Source of the DNA: Chthoniobacteraceae bacterium
GTDB lineage: Bacteria; Verrucomicrobiota; Verrucomicrobiia; Chthoniobacterales; Chthoniobacteraceae
Reading direction: 5' to 3'
Assembly: GCA_031409335.1 (NCBI GenBank)
Contig: JANNWY010000275.1
Span: 1 to 21,236 of the forward strand
DNA: 21,236 nt
Below are positions 1 through 11,100 of the stretch, piece by piece (the stretch's first letter is position 1; every line of letters begins with the position of its first letter). Both the position numbers and the translations under genes were made by a program. The notes beneath the pieces were generated by a model. It saw only the letters and a program-made list of their open reading frames with translations, ran no database searches and was not told the DNA's origin.

Positions 1-3000
1 AGCGACGGCTGCGCCGACGGACACCGACAGCCCTGCGCCACCCAACGCCGCGCCAATCGAAGCGGCACCGGCCCCCGCGGCAATACTCGACGAATCCTCG
101 GCAGAGATTTTGATCGTGTCCGCCGAGACGCCAGTAGCGCCGTCGCCGTCGATGTAGGCCTTCACGTCCGTCGCAATGCGGTTCTCGGCGTAAACTCCCG
201 CGCCACTGGCCGCGAGGCCGATGCCGCCGCCAGCCACCGCCGCGGAAATCGCCAGCACCAGCGCATGGACGGACTGCTCGCCCGTCGCAGTGAAGCTCAG
301 ATCGCCGCCAGCGTTGATGCTGGTGTCTTCGGAATAAGCATGCACGTCCACCGGCGCGTCCGTGCTGCCGATGCGATTGCGCGCGATGGCCACGCCGATC
401 GAGGCACCGAGGCCGCCACCACCCACAGCCACACTGGCCGAGGCCGAGACGATCTTGGCATCGATGGCGGAGGTGTTATTGGCGGTGAACGTCACCGCGG
501 TCGCGGCATCCAGCGAGCTGTCCACCGCATAGGCCTTCGCACCGCCCAAGATCGTGTTCTCGGCGAGAGCACCCGCGCCACTGATGGCGATGCCCACGCC
601 GCCACCGCCCACCGCCAGCGAGACCGCGACCGACAACGCGTCGATCGACGCGTCCTCGATCGCCGTCACGGTGATCGCGCCGGTCGTAGCCGTCACGTCG
701 GCATCGGCGATGAACGCATCCACACTGCTGTCCACCGTATTACTGGCCAGCGATACGCCGATCGATATCCCAGCGCCCGCGATGCCGAAACCCGCGGCCA
801 CCGAGGCGGCGGCCACGTCGGCGTGGATGTGGGAAAGGTCTTGCGCGCGCAGGGTCACGCTGGTGGCCCTGATGACGGAGTCCACCGTGTCGTTGCCGTC
901 GATGTAAGCCATCACGTCCGTCGTGATGCGGTTGTCAGCCGCAGCGCCCGCGCCGCTCGCCGCGATGCCGAGGTAGAGACCTCCGGCCACGGCCACTGAG
1001 CCGGAGAAGACGAGAGCGTCGATGGACTGGTCGCCCTTGGCCGTTACCGAAAGAGCACCGCCGGCATTGACCGGAGTGTTTTCGATATAGGCCAGCACCG
1101 CGAGCGGCGCGCTGACTACATTGACCAGCTTCCACGCATCGGGGTTGGCGAAGTCCTGATCAATCGCGGTGATTTTGCGCCAGAGCGTTTCGTCGGTGTA
1201 ATCCACCGTGCTCAGGTTGGTGCTGGCGAGGTTGGCACCGGTGCGTTCGTAAACGCGATTGCCGCCGACGAGCACCCGCTCGCCCTTCTTGACCGCCGTG
1301 GTCTGGCTGCTGGTGAAGTCGTAATCAACCGTGACGGTGTCGCCGAGGTATTCGTAAACGTCGCCCTCGCGCACTCCGCGCTCGACTCGCACCTTGTCGC
1401 CCTTGTGCAGCGTGAGCACGTTGTCGGCGGACTTGTAATCAAACGCCGCGCTTCCGTCGCGGGTCGAACCCACCAAATTACGCGCCAGTGCCACGCCAAT
1501 GGACGCACCAACGCCGGCATCGGCACCCACGCCGACGCCGACCGAAGCCGCGACGATGATCGCATCGATGGACGAAAGATTTTCAGCGCGGACGGTCACC
1601 GCACCAGTCGCAGCAAGGTCGCTGTCGGACGCGTGCGCATCGACACCACCTGTGATGATATTCTCAGCCCACGCTCCCGCGCCGCTGACGGCGATGCCGG
1701 TGGAACCGCCCACACCGACCGCGACCGAGGCCGCGAAGGCTACTGCATCGATGACCGCGACGTCGGTGGCTGTAATCGAGATGATTCCAGCCGTTGCGTC
1801 CACATCGGCATCTTCGATAGAGGCCCGGACATGGCTATCGACGGTATTGCGGGCCAGGCCCACGCCGATGGAGACGGCAACCCCAACCTGACCGAAGGCC
1901 GCGGCGACCGACGCCGCACCAGCAAAGGAGTGGACGAACGAGCCGTCCACCGCATCCAGCGTGACGCTGTCGGCCTCAATCTTGGTAGCGTCCTCGCCGT
2001 CGATGCGGCTGGCCACATCGACGCCTACCCGGTTCTCCGCGAACACACCCGAGCCAGCAGCAGCCACGCCCACGGTGCCGCCGGCAGCCACCGCGACCGA
2101 GCCGGCAAAGACCAACGAATTGATTGTCTGGCCAGCCAGCGAGGTCAATGCAAGCGCGCCATCAGCATGCACTGGTGTATCGATCAACAGGGCCTGAACT
2201 TCCAGCGGTGTCGCGCTGTCGTCGCCGGGTTCCCAGCCGATGAAGTTGCGCGCCACGGCGATCCCGATCGACACGCCCACACCGGCGGTACCACCGCCAC
2301 CGACCGCCAGAGATGCTGCCACGACGGTGGAAAAGATGTCCGACTTGCTGGCCGCGCTGATCAACACGTCTCCCGCGCTATCGATGGTGCTGTTCTGGCC
2401 ATAGGCCGTGGTTTTACCCAGGATGACATTCTGGGCCACGGCCCCCGCGCCGCTGACCGCCACGCCTACGGTGCCGCCGCCTATGCCCACGGCCAGTGAG
2501 GCCGCGGCAGATACCGCATTGATCGAGTTCTTCGAGACGCTCAGTGTTAGCGGAGCACCGTCTGCACTGGTCCGTACCAGCACAAAGCTCTGGCCGTCCG
2601 GTGCCAACAGCGCCCAACTCTGGCCGGCCTCCAGCGTGGATAGCTTGAGCTTGTCGAGCAACAGCCACTTTGTCGTGTCGGTATAGTTTTCGGCTGCGAG
2701 GATGACGTTGTCCCGGTCAACCGTTCCCACATAACGGTAAACACGCCCAGGGATGCCGTTGGAATTGGCACCCGCCTCGACGGTGGTGCCCTCGCGCAGA
2801 TCCTGCGGGTCGGTGTCCGTCGTTTTGAAGGTCGAAGCCGTGGCCACGGTGTCGAAGACGGCTAGAGTTGTGCCTTGCGCGGCGAAGGCGGCGCGCAGCG
2901 CCGCCAGCAGGACTTGGTCGTTCCGCACATCGTTGGTGGCCTCGTTGTTCGCCGTATCGCTGATATCCTGGTCGGCCACCGCGGCATCGTCGAGGTCACT

Positions 3001-6000
3001 CGCGGTCAGCGTGCCCAAGTTTACCGCGAACGGGCTCAGAGGCGACGTAAGCGCGGAGATGGTGACGGCCCCCGAGGTCGTGGTAAGACCTTGGTCAGCG
3101 TCGATGACGTATGCGGAAACCTCGTTATCGATCCGGTTTTCCGCCAGCGCCAGGCCGATGGACACCGCGATCGCGTTGGACCCGGCCAGGGCAAGCGCCA
3201 CGGCCGCCGCTCCGGCTGCGGCTTCGATACTGGAGGAGTCGGTGGCCGCCAGCGTGATGCTGCCAGCGTTGATTCCGGCGTTCACGCCCGTGCCATCGCC
3301 GTCAATGTAGGCCTTCAGGTCGATGGCGATCTCATTTTTGGTGTACACCCCGGAACCGCTGATCGCGAGCGCATTGGCGTTGCCGCCCAAGCCGACGGCC
3401 AGGCCGATCGAGCCGGCACCCACACCTGCATGGATGTGCTGGGTGGACGTGCCCGTTATCGTCAAGGCGTCGTCCGCGTTGAGGATGGAATCCTGCGAGT
3501 AAGCCAGTATCTCGCTGGATGTCAGGCCGCCGGTCGGATCGACTCCGATGTAGTTCAACCCGACGGAGGCACCGATGGCCGCGCCGCCGCCTGCCAAGGC
3601 GATGACAAGCGCGTCAATCGAACCCTGTTGCGTGGCCGTGATCGTCAGATCGCCAGAGCTGTCGATATCACTGTCTAAAATATAGGCGTTCGTCTTGCCG
3701 AGGATGACGTTGGTCGATTCCGCACCAGCGCCGGCCACCGAGAAGGAGAATTGGCCGCCGATAGCAATGGCCAGCGATGCGGCAGTGGACGCCGCATTGA
3801 TCGTTGCTTCGCCCCTCGAACTGACGTGGACATCGCCGAGGGTGGTGCTGACGTCCGAGTCGTCGATGTAGGCCAGCACGTCGTTCTCGACGCGGTTGTG
3901 CGAGAGCGACAAGCCGATCGAGACGGACACGCTGCCACCTGAACTCCCGCCAATGGCCGCGCTAATCGCCACGCCGACCGTGACCGCTTTGATCACGGCG
4001 GACGAAGTCGCCGCAACATCGACGTCCTGGCCGGCAGTGACGGTGGAATCAGCCACGTAGGCCGTGATGTCGTTTTCGATCTCGTTGACGGCGACGGTGG
4101 CACCGAGCGCCACGGCCACGCTGGTGCCGGACCCTTGAGAGAGCGCGAAACTGCCGGCGATCGAAATGGCGTTGATGGTGGTCGCGTCGCTCGCATCGAC
4201 CGCCACGCTCCCGTTGGTTGCGGTCACGACGCTGCCATCCAGGACGTAGGCCGAGATGATGCTGGTCACCGAATTACCCGCACCTGCCGCGGCGCCGGCG
4301 AGCGCCACTCGTATTCCGGGACCGGAGCCGGTCGCACCGGCCCCGGCCCCGGCAATCGACAGCGCATTGACGCCCGCCTGGGACGTGGCTTCGACCGAGA
4401 CGTCGCCATTGGTCGTGCTGACGTTGGCGTCGTCGATCCAGGCCATGATGTGATGGCCCGAGCCGCCGCCGATGTCATTCACCGCCACGCTGGCACCGAG
4501 GGATCCGGCCACCGAAGTCCCACTGGCACGGCTCAACGACAGCGCGAAGCCACCGGCATCGGCGCGCGTGTTGGCGGCGTCCGTGGCCGTCAGGCTGACG
4601 CCGGAGCCGGCGTGGATGCTTCGACCGGTGCCCGTGCTGTCGTCCAGGATGTAAGCCTCGACCTCGTTGTCGATGAGATTGGTGGAAGCGGCACCCGCCA
4701 GCGCCAGGGCCGCAGCGCCAGCGGTGCTGGATGCTCCCGCGCCTGCGACGCCGATGGCTAGTGCAAACACGTTCGGCTCCGAACTGGCGGCGACACTGAG
4801 GGCACCGGCGGCATCGACCGTGGAATAACGGATGCTCGAGCGGTCCTTATTTTTGACCGTGTTGAGCGCGATGCCCATGCCGATCCCCACCGCGGCGTTG
4901 CCGGTCCGGCCCTCGGCATAGGCCGCGGCCACGCCGAAGGCATCGGCGCGCAGCAGCTTGGTGCGGTCGGTGGCAGCCAGCGTGACATTGCCACCTAAGC
5001 CCGAGACCAGGCTGGTGGTGATGGTTGCATGGTCGAGGTAGGTCTCGACGCGGGCTTGCATCGAGTTGACTGCGACTGCGGCGGCCGCGGCACCGGCGAA
5101 CGAGCTGCTCGCCGTAATGCTGCTCGGCGAGTTGGCGAAAGCGCCACCCACGGCCAGAGCATGCACGTTGGCGGTCGACTCAGCCTCCATGACAAGGTTG
5201 TTGGCAATGACCTTGGAATTGTCGATGTAACTCTGCACCGCATAGCCCGTGGTTCCGCCAATCGTGTTGACGGCCAGCGACGCGCCCAGTGACAACGCGA
5301 GCGAGCCCGCTTCGTCCTGGCCCCAAGCGATGGAAACCGCGCCGGCTTGGGAGAACACGCCGGTGCCGTCATCGCCGGCATTCAAAGTTACGTTGCCGCC
5401 AGCCTGGACCGAACGCGCCCCGGAACTGTCGGTGATGTAGGCACCGATGTCGTTGTCGAGCAGGTTGATGGACGCCGCGCCGGAAATCGCCACGCTGATC
5501 TGGTCGGCGCTCGCGTAGGAGCCGCCGACGGCAAAGGCCTCCAGGATCGGTTTGCCGCTGGCTTGCAGGCTGATGTTGCCGCTGGCGTTGACAGAGGCGG
5601 TGTCGATGTAGGCCTGTGACTTGTCGTTCACGACGTTGAGCGCCAGACCCACGGCCACCGCGCCGGAGGCGGTGACGTAGGTTTCGTCCGGCGCTTCGGC
5701 CTTGGCTCCGGCCACCGCGAAGGTGCCGACAAATCCGCTGTTCTCGGCATTGACAAGCAGATTGCCATCAACCGCGAAACTGCCACCCGCCAGGTTGTCG
5801 ATGACGCCGGCGCGATTACCGATCACCGCCTCGGTATTGCGCTTTAGCATGTCAATGGCGACCGAGGCGCCGATGCCCAGCTTTTGCGAGGCCGCGTAGG
5901 AGCCGGCAATGGTCACCAGTGTGCTGCTGTCGAGTGCTTCCACCACGGCGCTCACGCCGCGACCCGCGATCTCGTTGTCACCGACGACGACATCGGCGCG

Positions 6001-8100
6001 GTTGTCCACCTGCGCCAGCGCGGTGCCGGTGGCGATGTTGACGATGACCACGCCGTTGAAGGCGACCGATTCTGCATCACCGCCCGACGCGCCCACGTTC
6101 ACCGCGAGCAGCGTGTTCGCAGCCCTGACTTCGAGGCTGTCGGCGTACAGTTTGACGTTGTCTTCTACCTTGGCGGTGGCGTCGTTGTTGTAGTTGAACA
6201 CCAGCACCGTCGCGCCCGCGGCACCTTCGGTCTTTTTCGTTAGCCCACTGCCGGCACCCGACGGAATGTACTTCTGCGTGAACGACCTGTAGGGGCTGAA
6301 GGTGTTCTTACCTTTCGCGTTTGCGGTCCTGTCCACGGTCCAGGTGCGGAGGTCGCTCGTGGATTTGAAGCCCAACTTGTCCAGGCCGATGGTCTGTATG
6401 TTGCCGCCCACGCCGACGGCGTTGATGACGTTCTTCGCACTCACCGTCACCGTCTGGGCGTCGGTGCGCCAGGCGGCGTCGGCGTTCTGGTTGACCTTTG
6501 CGCCGTCCTCGATCAGCGCGGTACTTCCGTGGTCGAGCCGGACGAAGGTGACAGCGCCCGCCAGGGAGGCCTTTTTCTGCCCCTCCGCCCAGGCTTGGTT
6601 GTAGAAGTCCGCCAACTTGCTGTTGATGCCGAAGTTGCCGTTCAAGAACGCGATTGCCTGCTGCACGAAGGACTTGAAACCGTTGGCCTCCAGATTGATC
6701 TCTTCCCACTTCAGGTCGTTGCCGAAATCTTCAGCGGCGCGGTCCAGCGTCGCACCGTCAACGCCCTTGTACCTGTAGGTCTTGCCGCGTCTGTCTTCCT
6801 GCGCGTGGTTGTTGCCGACCTTGACCGTGTCACCCGCCTTGAGCGAGGGCGCGCTGCCGGTATCCTCGGTATTGAACTTGGCCTTGAAGTTCTTATCGAG
6901 AAATGGCGTGACGATGTTGGCACCCCAGAGCTTGAGCGGGTCGATCTGGTTGATGGAATCAGCTTTAATGGTGATCGCCTTTGCAGCGTTCACATCGACA
7001 TCGCCTGAGACCGTGGCCCAGGTCGAGTTCTGGTAAACGCCCACCGCCACGGCAATCGCGATGCCGTAGTCAACGTCACCCTGCACCGGGATCAGGCCCG
7101 TCGGGTCGGTGGCACCACCGGGAAACTTGGCACCGGCCTGCGCCGTCAGGTCGGCGCGGCTGCTCACCGTCGAGGTGACGTTGATCTTGCCGCCGGCATT
7201 GATGGTGGTGCGGTCCGCGGCATCGCCGTCGCCGATACGCGCGTCGGTGTTGTTCGTGTCCACGCTGACGGCGATGGACAAGCCGCCCTGGACGGCACTG
7301 CGCTGGACCGGCTTCGGAGCATCGGCCGGCAGAGTCGCGCCGAAGAAAGCGAACCAGTCCAGAATGGGAGCGATCAGCTTGGCATGACCGTATCGGCCCA
7401 CCGCGCCGGGTGCCATCGCCTCGATATCGTCGAGTTGGTCGCCGGTCGAGTTGGCGCCCTGGCGCGCGTCAGAGCCCACCCCGTTGAAAGTGGCGGGGAT
7501 AACGTAGGCCTTGAAGGCCTCGACGGTTTCCTTCTTTTGCTTCGCGGTGACGTTGACGTTGCGCTGCACCTCGGCATCGCCGTCGAGATAGGCGCGGGTA
7601 TTCCCGCTTTCGACGGCGACCGTGAAGGCCAGCGCCACGTCGCCATCAGCGCCACTGGTGACGCGCGTGCGGGTGGAGTTGCGATCCACGGTGTCGGCCT
7701 GCAAGAACAGGTCTCTGCCCACGGTGAGCTGCGCGGCGTCCTTCACATGCACGGTCGCGTTCGAGTCGAGCACGCTGACTGCGATGGCGATGCCGGTGTT
7801 CCCCAATCCGGGGATCGGCAAGTTGCCGTTCGTGTCGGCAAACACATAGACGGTGTGATCGACGCTCGCTCGGAATGTCGCATCCATCACCGTGGTGATG
7901 TGGGCGGCACCGATGGTGACGTTGGCATCGGTGATGGCTACTCCGATTGCCGCGGTGAAGCCGCCGAAGAAATCGATTGGGGCGGCCCAGGCATAGGCCG
8001 CCGCGTTCGACCAGGCGGTGAGGTTGTCGGCAATGATGACGGCGTTGTCGTCCACGGTGACGTGGGCAACCGACTTGGCGACCGACACGGCGATTTGCAC
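1..8100 (-). repeat. Tandem ~60-65 aa Gly/Ala/Val/Ser-rich repeats of LktA-leukotoxin/filamentous-adhesin type (predicted beta-solenoid stalk)
   Basis: Recurring consensus (G/S)xGx(S/A)VAxNxIxNxVxAYIxDSxVxAxGxVxVxA....IxAx..A.SxAxGG, e.g. LGATVAVNEIENDITAYVADSTVTAGQDVDVAATSSAVIKAVTVGVAI. Regular from about 5700 to 1 and degenerate from about 8100 to 5700. Family name is from resemblance only. Confidence 0.7.
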
Positions 8101-11100
8101 GGACTGGCTTTCAAACGTGCGGGCGAAATCGAGGTCAAGGCCGAGAAGCGACCCGAATCCGGTGTGCCCGGAAAGGCTGCTCGGATAGTCGCTGGGCAGC
8201 AGAAAGTGCTGGCTGTCCGAGGTGGCTAGAATTTCCACGTTGCCGGCCCTGATGGTGGCGTTGCGGATGGTGACGTCGGTGTCCACCAAGTCCACGTTGG
8301 CAAAGCCGAAGGCGCTAAACTTGGCGCCATCCTTGGCCTCAATGCGGATCGTGCCGTGGTTGAACCCCGCCGCAGCCAGCGCGCTCAGCCCGGGACCCTG
8401 CGCGCCCGATGCCGCGTCCAGCGCGGTCAACTCCGCGCCTTGATCGATAGTGATGTGCTTGCCCAACAGCTTGATGCTGCCACCACCGCCGGCGAAGCTG
8501 GTGTCGAGCTTGTGTCCGTGAATGGTGATCCGCCCGGCCTCGATGCTAATGTTCTTGCCGGGGCGAATGATGTCCGACTCAACGACGAATTCCTCGTCGC
8601 CGGTGTAGGCGGCGTTGGGGTTGGCTTTCTTGACGGTGTAGCTGCTCTCCGCGCCGCCCAGATAATTGACCCACCACATGTCGGACTGCACCACCGATGG
8701 TCCAGACTTCTCGATGCTGACCGCATTCTCGATGCCGCCGCCGACGTCAACCTTCACCTGATGCGCGGTATCGCTGGCATTGGTCGGCGCCACGAGGCCG
8801 TCCACCAGGATGCGGAACTCGTCATTGCCGCTGCCGCCTAAAAGCGTGTCCAGCCCGCCGCCCGTGCTCAGGATCACTCCGCCCAACGTGAAGGCCGAGG
8901 CGTCGAGGGTGTTGACGCTGGCACCGCCGGTCAACTCGGCGCGCTCGATGCCGGCTAGCGTGTCCGTTTCGCCGCCGATGCTCAGCGTTGTGTTGGTGAG
9001 AGTGAAGTTGGCGTCGCGTGTTTCCACCACGGTGTCGCTGCCGCCGCCGCCGGTGAGAAGGTCTGCGCCAAGCCCGCCGGTCAGGCGGTCGTCGCCCCCG
9101 CCACCCACCAGCGTGTCGGCTCCGGCACCGCCGACGAGCACGACTTGGGAAATGCCGATGGCCGCGCCAGTGAGCACGGTCGGAGTCGCCACGGGCGCGA
9201 CGCTCAGGATGCCGAGAATCTGGGCCGCCGTGGAGCCATTGCGCGCCTGCACCTCCAGCCTGCCGGCACCGCCCACCGTGCTGGTGATGACAATGGCCGT
9301 GCCCGCGCTGTTGAGCACCGCGGACAGCCCGGTCGGCCGCGAGTCGGTGATGGCATCGAGCACGTCCTGGATCGTCACGGCTTCGCTGAGGTCGATATCG
9401 ACCCGGCTGCCGTCGGCCAGAATGATGCGGATGTCGCTGCTGTAGTCGGTAAAGAAATCGCCGGTCAGCGTCTTGCCGTTCCCGGTTTTCAAGATCCCGA
9501 GGTCCGCCGCCACGGTGGAGTTGGCCGCGCTGGTGATCGTGAGGTTTGCGCCGGGGTTGCCCACCGTGCTGTCGGTCAGCTTGATGGCGGTCCCGTCCTC
9601 GTTCATCTCGGCGAGCAGCTTGCCGGGGGCAGCGTTGGCGATGGCGTTGAACAGGTCTTGCAGCGTCCCGGCGGGATCGACGTCAATTTGCGCCTGAGTG
9701 CCGTCGGTCAGCGTGATCGTGAAATCGGTCGCTCCGACCGCGTTGGCACCGCCGGGCGCTTCGCTAAAGAACACCGCCACCGGCGTCGAAGGCTCGAGCC
9801 CGGCGAGGACCACGCTCGGCGCGTTCGTGGTGCCGATGCCGAGTCCCGCGTTGAGCAGCCGCAACTCGGTCTCAGCGCTCAGGCCGCTGAAGGCCGAGGC
9901 GTTCAGGGTGTTGTTTGACGCGCCGCCGGTCAACTCGGCCAGCTCGATCCCCGTCAGGGCGTCCACCTCGCTGCCGCTAATGCCAGTGCCGGTTTCGGTC
10001 AGCGTCGTGTTGGTCAGCGTGAAGTTCACGTCGCGCGACTCGACGAGTTTGTCGTGGCCTTCGCCCCCCCGCAGGCGGTCGGCACCCGCGCCGCCCGTGA
10101 GCTGGTCATCGCCCCACTCGCCCAGCAACAGGTCATTGCCCGAGCCGCCAATAAGGACGTCTTCGCCATAGCCGCCGCTCAGCACCACCGAACCCGTGAA
10201 GGCCGACGCGTCCATCAGGTTGTTACCCGACAGACCGTAGAGGTTGACCTTCTCGATCCCGCCCAAGGTGTTGAGCTGCGTGAGGCCGTCGGCGATGGCC
10301 ACGCTCGCACTGCCGGTCAGGCTGCTGGTGACGGTGATGTTGCCGACGTTGCGACCAGCCAGGTTGCCGCTGAACGTGATCGTCCAGGTGCCCGCCGCAG
10401 TATCCTTGTCAACTCGCACTTGGTCGTCGCCAATCTCCGGCAAGGCCGTGAGCGCCGACCGCAGGTCATCTGCGGTGGCATCGTGGGCGATCGGGCTCGT
10501 GGTCTGGCCGTTGAAAGTCAGGGTGAAAGTGCCGCCGGTCACGCCGGGTGCCAGGGCGATGGTCACCACCTCACTGGCACCTTCTCCGAGGTCCAGCGTG
10601 GTCGGTGTCAGTACGAAGCGCGAGTCGCCCAGTTCCAGCAAGGTATCGATGCCGCCGCCGCCGGTGGTGGCGTCGATGCCAAGACCGCCGCTGATGACGT
10701 CATCGCCGCTGCCGCCAAAGATGGTGTCGTCCCCGTCGTTGCCGATCAGAGTCACACCGCCTGCGGTGAAGGCCGAGGCGTCCAGCGTATTGGCACCGTC
10801 GCCGCCGCTGAGGATCGCTCTTTCGATTCCGCTCAGCGTGTCGGTCTGGACTGCCAACCCCGGGATGGTCGTTGTCACTGCGCTGTTGGTGAGCACGAAA
10901 CTCGCGTTGCCCAAGCTGCTGAAGTCAGACTCGACCAGCGTGTCGATACCGCCGCCGCCGGTGATGGCGTCGTTGCCACCGGCACCGGTCAGGTTATCGT
11001 CGCCCGTTCCGCCGATCAGCGTGTCGTGGTCGCCGCGGCCGTCGAGCGTGATGCCGCCGGAGGCGATCGCATTGCCGGTAAGCACGCCGCCACTGAGCGT

